Positions 7,921 through 18,700 are shown, numbered from the stretch's first letter. The stretch is 64,000 nucleotides of DNA from Patescibacteria group bacterium (GCA_013387205.1 WARV01000008.1:136-64135); one strand, 5' to 3'. Notes: a model not told the origin generated them from the letters alone. Numbers and translations: made by a program.

Positions 7921-8763
7921 ATGGAAAATATTTTAGTGCTGGGGGCCAAGGGAATGCTTGGCGGACAATTCGTGAAAATTCTTAAAAATCCTGTCGGATG
8001 GGACAGGGATGATTGCGATGTTACTAAATATGATGAATTGGCAGCTAAAATCCGGAATTTGAACCCTCTACCCTCAGTCATAATAAATTGCGCCGCTTTT
8101 AACGATGTGGACGGTGCGGAAATAAAACCAGATGCCGCTTTTAAGCTTAATAAGGAAGCTGTTGGGAATTTGGCAAAGATTGCATCGAAATTAGATATTA
8201 CGCTCGTGCATTTTTCAACCAACTACGTATTTGACGGCGGCCAGGAAGAATATGCCGAAAATGACGAACCCCGCCCGATTTCCGTTTACGGCGCTTCCAA
8301 AGCAGAAGGGGAAAAAGAGGTAGAAAAGCATGCAAAGAAATTTTATATCATAAGGACATCGGTATTGTTTGGGCCAAAAGGAGAAAGCGAATTAAGCAAA
8401 AAAAGCTTTATTGATTTAATGCTGGCGCTTAAAGATGCCGAGTATGACATTAAGGCGGTGTCAGACGAAACTAACAGCATTACCTACGCGCCGGATTTGG
8501 CTACGGCCGTGGAGAGGATGATTGAAGACAGGTATCCTTACGGAATTTACCATATTACCAACCAGGGCTCCGCAAGCTGGTATAATTTGGCCCAGGAAAT
8601 ATTTTCCATAAAGAAAATTCCTGTTAATGTGGTGCCTGTTTCCTCAGATGAATTCCCAAGGAAAGCCCAAAGGCCAAAAAAAGCGCTTTTGCTGAATACC
8701 AAGTTTCCGCCATTGCGCCCTTGGCAAGAAGCCCTTAAAGAATATTTATCAACTGTCTCATAA
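7921..8763 (+). CDS. rfbD: dTDP-4-dehydrorhamnose reductase
   Basis: ILVLGAKGMLGGQF ... YGASKAEGEK (YxxxK) and RmlD-like substrate-binding C-terminal half. Confidence 0.85.
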   Translation: MENILVLGAKGMLGGQFVKILKNPVGWDRDDCDVTKYDELAAKIRNLNPLPSVIINCAAFNDVDGAEIKPDAAFKLNKEAVGNLAKIASKLDITLVHFSTNYVFDGGQEEYAENDEPRPISVYGASKAEGEKEVEKHAKKFYIIRTSVLFGPKGESELSKKSFIDLMLALKDAEYDIKAVSDETNSITYAPDLATAVERMIEDRYPYGIYHITNQGSASWYNLAQEIFSIKKIPVNVVPVSSDEFPRKAQRPKKALLLNTKFPPLRPWQEALKEYLSTVS

Positions 8764-8811
8764 GACATATAGGACTTATAGGACAAATATGACTAATAAG
8801 ATTATAAATTT

Positions 8812-9594
8812 ATGAAAGGGATAATTCTTTCCGGAGGGAGCGGCACCAGGCTTAGCCCGCTGACCAAAGTAACCAGCAAGCAGCTTTTGCCGGTTTATAA
8901 CAAACCGATGATTATGTATCCGGTAGAAACTCTGCTTAAGGCAGGTATTAAGGATATTTTAATCATCATTGCGCCGGACCACCCAGGCGATTACATGAAA
9001 CTGCTTGGAAGCGGCAAGGATTTTGGCGCCAGGTTTACGTATGAAATCCAGGACAAGCCGGAAGGGCTGGCGCAGGCTTTTTTAATTGGCGCGGATTTTA
9101 TCGACAACGACAGCGTGTGCATGATTTTAGGGGATAATATTTTTGAAGATGATTTTTCCGAAACCATCAGGAATTTCAAAAGCGGCGCGCACCTGTTCGC
9201 CAAGGAAGTTGAAGATCCGGAGCGTTTTGGAGTGGTAAAGTTTGACGAAAATATGAAGGCTGTGAAGATTGAGGAAAAACCGAAGGAATATTTGTCCAAC
9301 TATGCCATCACTGGCTTGTATTTATATGATAATCGCGTGGTAGAGGTTGCCGAGCAGGCCAAGCCTTCGGCTAGAGGCGAATTAGAAATTACGGAATTGC
9401 ACAATTGGTATTTAAAGCAGGGCGATATTAAAGTAGATATAGTCAATGGAGAATGGGTGGACGCAGGAACGTTTGAGTCTTTGTTTAAGGCAAACGAAAT
9501 CGCGAGAAAAAAACATTCTCTACTAAATACTAAAAGTACTAAATATACTAAAAATATCAAAGAATGCTTTAATGATATCATTGCTGGTGTATAG
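8812..9594 (+). CDS. rfbA: glucose-1-phosphate thymidylyltransferase
   Basis: MKGIILSGGSGTRLSPLT...KQLLPVYNKPMIMYPVETL, RmlA signature. Last ~25 codons are encoded by a family F repeat element. Confidence 0.9.
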   Translation: MKGIILSGGSGTRLSPLTKVTSKQLLPVYNKPMIMYPVETLLKAGIKDILIIIAPDHPGDYMKLLGSGKDFGARFTYEIQDKPEGLAQAFLIGADFIDNDSVCMILGDNIFEDDFSETIRNFKSGAHLFAKEVEDPERFGVVKFDENMKAVKIEEKPKEYLSNYAITGLYLYDNRVVEVAEQAKPSARGELEITELHNWYLKQGDIKVDIVNGEWVDAGTFESLFKANEIARKKHSLLNTKSTKYTKNIKECFNDIIAGV

Positions 9595-9633
9595 CTTTAG
9601 TATATTTAGTATTATTTCGTATTTAGTAGAAAA
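9521..9633. repeat. family F palindromic element (ctactaaatac...gtatttagtag), copy 1, overlapping rfbA 3' end
   Basis: About 75-80% identical by eye, in inverted orientation, to 53931-54045. Self-complementary termini. Confidence 0.6.
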
Positions 9634-9636
9634 TAT

Positions 9637-10581
9637 ATGACACTTAAAACTCAAAAAATTATATCAGCGGTAATGGTTGGCACGGCGGTTTTTGGCGGCT
9701 TTGAATTGCTTGCTGTGATTTTGAATTTAAACCAGGTTTCCATTTATTTGAATACGGCATTTTGGATTTATGGCTTTTTGCTTTTGTTCATGGCAATTTT
9801 ATTCGATCTGCATTTTAAAAATCCCGGCGCTTTGAAAAGGGCGATGCTCAGGCACGAAAACGTGCAGCATCGCCTGGTTAGGATGGCCAAAATAACCATA
9901 AGCGCTGTTTTTGACAGGGTGAGCCACATCCATACCTGGAAATACCTAAAGCGGCTTTTGGTGTCGTTTATAATTCCCGGCTTCGCCTACTGGGCGACCA
10001 TCGCGCTTTTATACGTGAATTTCGGCAACGTTAAACTGCAACAGGCGTTTATTCTGCTGTCATCTTTGGCGTTAATTGCCATCTATTGGTTTTTCAAAGA
10101 AACATTTTCCAGGCAGAAAGAAGTAGTCGATAGCGACATATTCGTAATCTCAACTGTCGTAAAAATTTATACGTCGGCAATTTTGTTCGCCGCGTCAATC
10201 TCTTTGGTAAGAAGATATTGCCTTGGCTCCGAGCTGCTCGTTTTAGGCACGTTCAGTTTTACTTTTTTGCTGATTTACCAGGCGCTTGTCCAGCACAAAA
10301 TGAATAGCTTTAAAAACATTTTAATTACCTTGGCGATATCTTTAATAATGGCCCATATTGGGTATTTTATTTTGGTTTACTGGGGGTTTAATTTTTATAC
10401 GGCAGCCGCATTTTGGACGGTCTGTTACAATTTGTTTTGGGGAATTTTCCACTATTATTTGGATAGGGCTTTGACCAAACTGGCTTTTTTTGAAATTTTG
10501 GCCGTTTCTTTGCTGATAGGATTCATGCTTTTTAATGTGACGAATTTTAAAGCCCAGTTGCTTGACGCTTGCGTATATTAG
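9637..10581 (+). CDS. hypothetical polytopic membrane protein
   Basis: 314-aa ORF, multiple TM helices, no motif recognised. Confidence 0.5.
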   Translation: MTLKTQKIISAVMVGTAVFGGFELLAVILNLNQVSIYLNTAFWIYGFLLLFMAILFDLHFKNPGALKRAMLRHENVQHRLVRMAKITISAVFDRVSHIHTWKYLKRLLVSFIIPGFAYWATIALLYVNFGNVKLQQAFILLSSLALIAIYWFFKETFSRQKEVVDSDIFVISTVVKIYTSAILFAASISLVRRYCLGSELLVLGTFSFTFLLIYQALVQHKMNSFKNILITLAISLIMAHIGYFILVYWGFNFYTAAAFWTVCYNLFWGIFHYYLDRALTKLAFFEILAVSLLIGFMLFNVTNFKAQLLDACVY

Positions 10582-10606
10582 GTTCAAATCAAAATTTGAT
10601 AGATTA

Positions 10607-10644
10607 AAAAAACTACCCGAAGGCTAAGCTCTCGGGTAGTTTTG
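10607..10644. terminator. bidirectional intrinsic terminator between convergent genes
   Basis: aaaaaactacccgaaggctaagctctcgggtagtttt. Confidence 0.6.
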
Positions 10645-10684
10645 TAAATTCTTATATCTTATATCATACATCTTAAATCATAAC

Positions 10685-11782
10685 TCAGGCGAAATACATC
10701 AATGCAATTACAATCAAAGAAATAATAAGTATTGTAATGTTGTTTATTTTGCGGTCGAAGTTCGCAAGTTTTTTTTGCAGGACTACTTTCGCGTCAGCCA
10801 AAAGGAAATAAAGCACGACAATCCCTAATCCCAAAACAAAATAACGGTTAAGGCTGTTTTTTCCCTGGGCTTCATCGATTAAATTTTGCGGTATAACGGC
10901 ATCAGCAGAGGTTTTAAACGTATTATTACTTTGAGTGGTATCGGCCGTTGAAGCTTTGGCGGTTGCAGTTGTAGTTGGGCTTTTGGCCTGTGTGGAATTT
11001 TGCTCCAGGCTGTCTCGCGGTTTTAAACTAGCTGAAGACGTAGAATTTTGGGTAGCTGCAGGCTTTGCATCGGCAATTTGCACAGGAGCGGGGGTGGGTG
11101 TGGAAATTGGCGCGGGTTTTGCCGCTGGAGTTGCTGGCTTTGGCGCAGGCTGTGGAGCTGGTTTTGGGGTCGGAGCAGGCGGCGGGGGAGTGGTTTTTTG
11201 CGCCTTAACAAGCAAAGCGCCAAAAGTATTTACAATAGCTGAATGGTATTGTTCCAAAGACGAATTGCCAAAGTCCAAACCCATTCCTTGGTCTTTAAAA
11301 CCTTCCTGCAAAATGTTGGCGCGGTGGGTCGGGCTGTTCATCCAGGCGGAAACCAAACTTTCTGTGCTTGAAAATTCAATGGCCAAATTTTCGCCGAGCT
11401 GCAAATACGGCGAATACCCCGCAGCTACAATTTTATCCCAAATATAATTTCCTTCAGGATCGATATGGCTAAAGTAGTGCCTGGCAATCATGTCGTCGGC
11501 CTTGCTTTGCGCGGCTGACGACAGTTTAAAATTCGTATTTAAGGCGGCTAAATTCCGCATGGTGCGCTCTTTGTTTATCGCGCTCAGAATATTTTCCGGA
11601 GTCAAATCTGAAGCGAAAGAATTCGGTACAGGCTTAAAAAGCAAAGAAATGGCGATTTTGAAAATCAAAAATAGCAGCAAAATAATTGCCAGGGATTCAA
11701 GCTTGAGTATTTTAGGAAAAGTGGCAGCCGGGGCTGTGACAGAAATGCCGGCTTCGTCGTTTAACGGGTTAATGTTCTCCAT
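10685..11782 (-). CDS. CAP/SCP/PR-1 domain protein with Pro/Ala/Thr-rich linker and C-terminal TM anchor
   Basis: HYFSHIDPEGN ... AWMNSPTHRANIL CAP motifs, (PAPKP)n linker, C-terminal hydrophobic segment. Confidence 0.8.
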   Translation of the reverse strand: MENINPLNDEAGISVTAPAATFPKILKLESLAIILLLFLIFKIAISLLFKPVPNSFASDLTPENILSAINKERTMRNLAALNTNFKLSSAAQSKADDMIARHYFSHIDPEGNYIWDKIVAAGYSPYLQLGENLAIEFSSTESLVSAWMNSPTHRANILQEGFKDQGMGLDFGNSSLEQYHSAIVNTFGALLVKAQKTTPPPPAPTPKPAPQPAPKPATPAAKPAPISTPTPAPVQIADAKPAATQNSTSSASLKPRDSLEQNSTQAKSPTTTATAKASTADTTQSNNTFKTSADAVIPQNLIDEAQGKNSLNRYFVLGLGIVVLYFLLADAKVVLQKKLANFDRKINNITILIISLIVIALMYFA

Positions 11783-11907
11783 TAGGGTATGTCATTATCA
11801 TTAATAGCGCTTTTAAGGTAATGGCGGCTTTCTCGCATTGGCCGACCAATGGCCAAAATGCTTGTTTGGCCTTATTCATAAGGTATTTTAGCATTTATCC
11901 TATGCTC

Positions 11908-11940
11908 TTGACAAATCTATAAAATTATGCTAAGATAAGC
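11908..11940 (+). promoter_or_regulatory. candidate promoter of sortase gene (TTGACA-17-TAAGAT)
   Basis: ttgacaaatctataaaattatgctaagat about 55 nt upstream of the ATG at 11992. Confidence 0.35.
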
Positions 11941-11991
11941 AGTTAAATGATTATTCTTTACCCATAAATCCCCAACAAAACTATCAAAACT

Positions 11992-13434
11992 ATGTCCGAC
12001 CACAGCCTCAAAAAAACTGAAAAAAAGTATCCGATTGCAACCGCGGAAATCGCGCAGATTTTTGGCTTGCCTGAATCTAGCATTGCGGAAGGCGCTTTGC
12101 CGGTTGTCAGCGATAAGGACAGTAGCGGACATGTTCCGGGATTTTCCAATGCTGCCGGCAATTTACCCGTAAAAGATTTGCCTGTTTTAGACAGCCATAC
12201 TCCTGAAAATATTCCACACGTTGCGGGTTTAAGCGAAGCCAGGCCCGTGCAAAAAGATTTAACTAAAAATATTGCTGCTTTAACAGGCTCTGGCAAAATT
12301 CCGCCGACCGGCCATATGAATGATGCAAATTTGTTAAACCAAAACCCCGGCGGTTCTAAGTTTGTAAAATTTTTGAAAAACATCGCTCCTTACGTTGCGG
12401 TTTTTTCCATCGGCATATTTTTGTATTTCTTTTTCTTCACCAAAACCGATTTTTCAAAAATCTTCAACATAAAACCGAAAGCGGAAACTCCGCAGCAAAG
12501 CGCCATTAAGCAGCTTGAAAGCAAGAGTATGGTTGGTTACCAGAACTGGATAAGCGGCTTTTACTTTGATGTTTCAGATCCGGAAGTGCTGAATCCTGAC
12601 GCTGATAATTCCGGCAATGGCTTGTCTAACTTCCAAAAATATCTTTTGAATTTAAACCCTAAATCTTACGATACTTTGGGACTTGGCATGGCTGACAGCG
12701 AAGCGCTGGCCCAGGGGATAAACCCGCTTACCGGCGGAAAGCTTAATGAGAACCAAAAAAATATCATCAGCAAATACTTTGACATGGAAGTCATTATGAA
12801 CAGGCTGGCTTTAAGCCAATTGCAAAAAAACGGCCAGGTTGCAGGGACAAATGTCGGCATCAACAACAGCATGGGCGCATACAGAAGTTTTGGCAGCCAA
12901 CCGGCACAGTCTGGCAATGTCAATGCCAATGTTGCCGCTAACGGAAACGTTGACCCGGTCATGCTAAGCGAATCTGACGTGAACACTTCCATTCCGGGCA
13001 GGTTGGAAATTCCTGACCTTGGAGTAAATGTGCCGATTATCTGGTCAAGCGACCCTAAAAACTTTGAGCAGGATTTAAAGAGCGGCGTGGTGCATTATCC
13101 TGGCACTGCCATGCCGGGGCAAATCGGCACTGCTTACATTTCCGGACACTCCAGCAACTACGCATGGGCAAAAGGAAATTACAATAAAGTATTTTCCAAA
13201 CTTGGCGATTTGGCAGATAACACTTCATTTAAAATCACTGTAGTAAACAAATCCGGCAAAGACGTGATATATCATTACGTGGTTGTCGGCAGGCAGCAGT
13301 ACGATGCCAAAGACCAGGCTCAATTCAGGAACGCGGGCCAGTCAGTCGTGGCTTTATCCACTTGCTGGCCAGTCGGTACTACTGCCAAGAGATTGGTCGT
13401 GTACGGACAAATGACACAGGTAGAAAATAAGTAA
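11992..13434 (+). CDS. sortase-family transpeptidase with long N-terminal region and TM anchor
   Basis: C-terminal domain shows the His (AYISGHSS), Cys (VALSTCWP) and Arg (TTAKRLVVYG) triad arrangement of sortases. TM at about residues 125-147. Confidence 0.7.
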   Translation: MSDHSLKKTEKKYPIATAEIAQIFGLPESSIAEGALPVVSDKDSSGHVPGFSNAAGNLPVKDLPVLDSHTPENIPHVAGLSEARPVQKDLTKNIAALTGSGKIPPTGHMNDANLLNQNPGGSKFVKFLKNIAPYVAVFSIGIFLYFFFFTKTDFSKIFNIKPKAETPQQSAIKQLESKSMVGYQNWISGFYFDVSDPEVLNPDADNSGNGLSNFQKYLLNLNPKSYDTLGLGMADSEALAQGINPLTGGKLNENQKNIISKYFDMEVIMNRLALSQLQKNGQVAGTNVGINNSMGAYRSFGSQPAQSGNVNANVAANGNVDPVMLSESDVNTSIPGRLEIPDLGVNVPIIWSSDPKNFEQDLKSGVVHYPGTAMPGQIGTAYISGHSSNYAWAKGNYNKVFSKLGDLADNTSFKITVVNKSGKDVIYHYVVVGRQQYDAKDQAQFRNAGQSVVALSTCWPVGTTAKRLVVYGQMTQVENK

Positions 13435-13440
13435 AATAGA

Positions 13441-13583
13441 ATTGACCTAATTAACCTAATTATTTCTAATTATTCTAAATAAATCCTAATGACTAAACCC
13501 CAAAATCTGGTCGTAATTGGGTATTGGGACTTAGACATTATTTAGGTCAATTAGAGTAATTAGAATAATTAGGTTAATTCTTT
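13441..13583. repeat. family A palindromic intergenic element
   Basis: aattgacctaattaacctaattatttctaatt ... ttaggtcaattagagtaattagaataattaggttaatt. Confidence 0.7.
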
Positions 13584-13717
13584 GCTGAGTAGATCGTATT
13601 CATTAGCTTATAACGAATACTATTCTACTCGGCTATTCGGCCGGTAGATGCCTCCGAAAGGCGGCAAAAAATACGGTCGAAAAGACGAGTGACGAATTCT
13701 AAGGAGGAATTCAAGTT

Positions 13718-15235
13718 ATGAAGAACGCTATGAACGCGATGTTTTTTGCGGTGATGGCTGCTATTCTCGCCGCAGGTACGGTTTTCGGACAGGAGACGCT
13801 GTTTCAGCTTCCTGTGGAGAAATCTTCAACCCAGCTTCTGCAGGAAATGCAGAAGCCGCGGGAAAAAACCATCACGGTTGCCGGCGTCAGGCTTTTCCAG
13901 CCTTTGCCGACTGAGAAATCGGTCGTCGACGACGAACATATGATCAGCGCCCTGCAAATGATCCTGACCGGCCCGAACGCCGACAGGTTTCGTGCAGATT
14001 ACGGGCAATTGCCAACTAGGCAGGAGCAAGAAGCGTTGGTTTTGTTGTACAAGCCAGACGCGGCAACAGCGACTGTCACCAGAAGGCTGTTTAAACCGGA
14101 CGAAGTTACCATTATCAACGACCCGGCATTAGTCCTTGAGCCAGGTGACTGGCGCGTGTTCCATCGCTGGAATGTTGACCCGATTTTGAATCGGGAAAAG
14201 CAGACCAGCGAGAACCGCATCACGCAGATATCTGACCTCAAGCGGTTTTTGCCGCTCATCAATTCCCGGATTGATCAAACAAGCTATCCGGCGGAAATTA
14301 AAGATGAGTGGAAGACTGTTCTCGAGAACTGCATTGACGGCTTAACTGGAGAATATGCCGGGTACTGCAAAGAAGTTGTGGTGTCCGAGTGGGCCCAGTA
14401 TTGGGAATTGATGCTCGGCGGCAGGTCTCACGCAGCCAAAGTGCATTACGTTCCTGACCCGGAATGGCGCGACGCCAAAGCAGTGGCCATGTTCTTGCCA
14501 AAAGCGGGAATGTGGGTAGCACAAGGCTTTGCATGCTGGGGAAATCCGTTTGTTCCGTACCAGTCGCATCGCTTTGATGTGACGAAGACGGAAGTGCAGC
14601 CAATCCCAGGATTCGGCTGTAAGATCTCCCAAGACAAGTCTGTCCTGTCCAGCAGGACAGATAGCGCAGCTTTCAAGCTTTCGGTATTCAGCGACAGTAC
14701 GCCGATTAAGATGGATTTTACAAGTCCATACTCTTCGGTAGATTGGTACCTGGATGCCAGGCTTATGACTCGAAATGTAATGAATGTTGAAGTGTTCGGG
14801 TCAGATCTCGGCGCTCCCGGCGGACCTTATCGGGTCCTCGCACGCGTGACCATTGGCAAGCAGCAAGTGGAATGTTACGGTGATTTGATGTATAAGGAAC
14901 TTCCACCTGTTGTTCCGCCTAAAGTTGTTATTCCGCCGCCAACTCCAATAGTACCGCCTCCAGTAGTTACGCCGCCGCCAAAGCCGGAATGTCCGGAATG
15001 CAAGCACAAGGTTTGGCCTTGGATTCTGGGAGCAGCGGTCGCTGGCGGAGCTGTATGCGGCATCACGTATGCAGCGCACGTCGCGCCATGCGGTCACGAA
15101 GAAAAAGTAACACCGACCAAAACACCAATAGGCCCCGGACAAATAATGGGATCGAGCGCAACAACAATCACGCCATCAGTATTTATCGATCCTAGGACAC
15201 GTACCAAAGCCTTCGGCTTTAAGGTTCGCTTCTAG
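13718..15235 (+). CDS. secreted/membrane-anchored hypothetical protein, compositionally foreign (high GC, strong SD)
   Basis: Signal peptide MKNAMNAMFFAVMAAILAAGTVFGQE, Pro-rich PPVVPPKVVIPPPTPIVPPPVVTPPPKPECPEC, then TM WPWILGAAVAGGAVCGI. aaggagga SD 8 nt upstream. Visibly GC-richer than its flanks, with many spurious antisense ORFs. Confidence 0.7.
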   Translation: MKNAMNAMFFAVMAAILAAGTVFGQETLFQLPVEKSSTQLLQEMQKPREKTITVAGVRLFQPLPTEKSVVDDEHMISALQMILTGPNADRFRADYGQLPTRQEQEALVLLYKPDAATATVTRRLFKPDEVTIINDPALVLEPGDWRVFHRWNVDPILNREKQTSENRITQISDLKRFLPLINSRIDQTSYPAEIKDEWKTVLENCIDGLTGEYAGYCKEVVVSEWAQYWELMLGGRSHAAKVHYVPDPEWRDAKAVAMFLPKAGMWVAQGFACWGNPFVPYQSHRFDVTKTEVQPIPGFGCKISQDKSVLSSRTDSAAFKLSVFSDSTPIKMDFTSPYSSVDWYLDARLMTRNVMNVEVFGSDLGAPGGPYRVLARVTIGKQQVECYGDLMYKELPPVVPPKVVIPPPTPIVPPPVVTPPPKPECPECKHKVWPWILGAAVAGGAVCGITYAAHVAPCGHEEKVTPTKTPIGPGQIMGSSATTITPSVFIDPRTRTKAFGFKVRF

Positions 15236-15413
15236 CGTTTAATCGGCGAAGGGGTGGGGGATTAGCCAAAAGCTATTCTCCCATCCCTCTCATACCTTTA
15301 AGGAAAAATTAAGATCTCTGGTTAAAATCCGTCAAAATCATCAGAATTAAGCGGAATTTAACGAGGGATGTTATAAATACGATAAAAATATAAAAAATCT
15401 AAATTTTTTTAGT

Positions 15414-15570
15414 GTCATTGCGAGCGATTTAAGGTCCGCCAGCTGGCGGATTGGCTTAAATTGCGTGGCAATCTAAGCAGGGAAAGATTACTTCCCCCTT
15501 CGCTAAAGCTACGTCGGACAAGTCGGATGCCCCAAAGGAGCCTCTTTGAGGCACTCCTCCTCGCAATGAC
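15414..15570. repeat. family C element (GTCATTGCGAG ... CTCGCAATGAC terminal inverted repeats) carrying a CCGCCAGCTGGCGG palindrome
   Basis: gtcattgcgag at 15414, ctcgcaatgac ending 15570, internal tcggatgccccaaaggagcctctttgaggcactcc module shared with 23296-23358. Confidence 0.7.
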
Positions 15571-15682
15571 AGGTAATTAATTGCATTTCACAAATCTCAA
15601 AAATCAGCTATAATAATATATCTTATTAATGCGAGAAATTATTAAATTAGCCTTGTTTTAAGGATTTTTTAGTAAATTAGCC

Positions 15683-15711
15683 TTGACAAAGAGGGGAAAA
15701 AGGCGTATAAT
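15683..15711 (+). promoter_or_regulatory. consensus sigma70 promoter TTGACA-17-TATAAT
   Basis: ttgacaaagaggggaaaaaggcgtataat, 24 nt upstream of the ATG at 15735. Confidence 0.6.
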
Positions 15712-15734
15712 AGTAGGTCATTAAAATATAATAT

Positions 15735-18700
15735 ATGAACCAAATGTTTTCAAAAATCTCTATAAAGACAGCTTTTCTGGCCGCTTTTGCAGTACTTGCT
15801 TTGTTAGCTTTGGCGCCAAGAAAGATTGATATAACCCAGGCCGAAAGCTGCTCAAACCCTCCGACTCATCCGGCATTTAATGTCTATCAAATAGATTTTT
15901 CCGGAAGCGGCTGTACTGATTACCCGACCATGATGGCCAGGGTTTTGCGTAATGGCCAGGAAATCCAAGGCTACCAGAGCGTGTATAATTCAGGCGCCAA
16001 TGCCCAAGCTGGCGATGAATTAGACGTTGTTGTTTACGTGCACAACGGCGCTGCGGAAAACTTAGACCCAGAACAAACTACCGCACGCGGAATTTATTTG
16101 AATACTACAGTCGACGGCACCTTTGAACCGGAACATACCATTAGCGTGACTGTCACTTCGCAGAACGCTGCTACCGTAAACGGCGCTTTTGGCATACATA
16201 CCGCTTCCAATGAAGCTTTGCAGGTTATCCCGAATAGCGGAGCCGTCTACGAACGCGGCAATCCAAACGCAATCCAGAGCGGATTGAACATCGGCGATAA
16301 TTCTTTTTCTTTGGGCGACATGCACGCCTGCTACCAATATTTGCGCTTCGTGCACTTTAGGGTTAAAGTCGTTGCCAAGCAAGTCCAGCCGACCGCAAAC
16401 ATTAGCGCCCAAGTCGGCTCGCAGGTCAACGGACAGTGCTTGCTTAACGGCAGCGTTACCTGGTCTTCGGAAAATGTCACTAACCCGCGCGTTTACGTAA
16501 AAGACGTGAATGATAATTTTGAACAATTGTTGGCTTCTGCTCCAAACGGCACTTCTGACACGCCTTGGCTTAAGCCGAACGATTCTTACATTTTTACTTT
16601 CAGGGGCGATAATATCCAGGACAAAACCGCCAATGTCACGACCGGCAATTTGAGCTGCGCTGTTCCGCCTGCCGGCAAAAACACTATCACTGCCCAAGCC
16701 GGCAACCAGATTGGCGCGCAGTGTTTGAGGGATGGTACTGTGAGCTGGACCAACGCTTCCAATGTCTCTATTGTGGAAGTTACTGTCCAGGATATTACCA
16801 CCAGTTCTCCGGTTAACAGCATAACCGGCCCTGCCGGCTTTCCCAACAGCAGCAGCGACACTCCTTGGCTGACCCCGGGCGATACTTTTCGCTATATTTT
16901 GTACGATACTACCAATGGCCAGCATACGGAACTGGCCAGGTATGATTTAAACGTGCCCACTTTAAACTGTGTCGTCACGCCTCCTGTCAGCTACACCCTG
17001 ACTACCAACAAGACTGATTATTGCGTGGGCGACATCCCGCAGTACACCATCACTTCTTCTCCAGCTTTGGCCGGCAAGAAAATCTTGTGGTCTTCTTTCT
17101 TCAACGGCCAGCCGACTGGCGAAATTAACACGGACTACGGTTTTTACCTGGACGCCAACGGCTTCTGGTCTGCTTATGGCAGCGGCTGGTACAGCAAAGA
17201 CATTGGTTCCTGGGTCAAGGAAGCCAACATTGACGGCGTGAAAAAGTCTGTCAGCTTTACCGTAAGGAACTGCGCGGCTCCGGTACCTACTTTAACCTGT
17301 ACTCCAGAAAACCAGACAACTGACATAGGCACAATCGTGTTCTTTACTGCTAATGGTGGAACTAGTCCTTATACCTTTACCGCTCCGGAAGGCGTAAATT
17401 CTTTCCCGAACGGAAGTAGTGGTTTCCATACCACGTATTTCAGCGCGGGCGACAAAGTTGTGACTGTTAAAAGCACTGATGGCCAGACAGCCATTTGTAA
17501 TGTGCATGTAAAAACCCCCCCGTCCCAGACTTTAGTTTGTTCTCCTTCTAGCCAGACTGTAAATGTAAACCAATCAGCCCTCTTTTCGGCAACCGGCGGC
17601 AAGGGAAGTTATACCTGGATAGCCAACGGCGGCAGCCCGGCGTCCGGAGCCGGCGGTTCTTTCTCTACGCAATACGCGTCCAGTGGCAGTAAGACCGTAA
17701 CTGTAGCCAGCAGCGACGGGCAGACGGCAAATTGTTACGTGCAGGTGAGCCCGCCGATTGAGCAGAATTTGGTTTGTACCACTTTAACTCCTTCTGTTGA
17801 TATTAACCAGACAGCCAATTTTTCCGCTACAGGCGGCAATGGCTCGTATTCCTGGTCTGCGGTTGAAGGATATCCTTCAAGCGGGGTTGGAAACAGCTTT
17901 TCTTCAAAATTCGCTACCAGCGGCAGCAAGACAGCTGTGGTAACAAGTGGCAGCAAAACCGCCACATGTTACGTGCAGGTTAGCCAGCCCGTAGTACAAA
18001 AAGGCGTATTGCAGATTTCCAAAGAAGTCAGGAATGTGACAAGCGGCGGGGATTTCAGCCATACAGCTTTCGCCAACCAGAATGACATAGTGGAATACCG
18101 CATTAAGGTATCGGCTGCGACTAATGTAGTGTTACAAAACGTTAAAGTAACCGATACTAGCAATTCCGGAATCGCTTACGTTGACGGAACTTTAACCCAG
18201 GACGGCGCAGTCCATGCTCCGGGGCTAACCTCTGGCGGCATTATTATCAGCCAGGTTGGGCAGACTCCGGTAGTGTTTACCTATAGGGCAAAAGTTTTAA
18301 TCAATAGCGGATCTGTCATAAACACGGCTTCGGCTTCTGCTGATAACGCCATTAACACTCCTTATGACCAGGCAGTTGTTACTGTTACTTTTATACAGCC
18401 CGGCCAGCCATCTATGACCATTACCAAGCAGGTGATGAATGTTACCAAAAATACCGGCTTTAGCTCTTCTGTTTCCGCAACCAAAGGCGATACTGTAAAA
18501 TACCAGATTGTTGTTTCTAACGTAGGAAACGCGGATGCTACTAATGTTTTCGTTAATGACAGCAACCCGATTGGCAACATAACAGGATTAACAGTATCAA
18601 GAAGCGGTTTTGGCGGAACGTTCGGCGCAAGCGGGATTTCTTTGGGCACTTTGGCCAAAGGAGAAAGCGTGACCATAACTTACAGCGGTACTGTGAATAT

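Noticed and set aside
10935-11447. 170-aa Gly/Ala-rich plus-strand ORF and two 60-aa neighbours
   Set aside because: Antisense of the Pro/Ala-rich linker of the CAP-domain gene. Low-complexity mirror ORFs.
13826-15195. Cluster of seven overlapping ORFs on both strands (60-113 aa)
   Set aside because: Artefacts of the high GC content of the 13718-15235 gene. No independent start or SD support.
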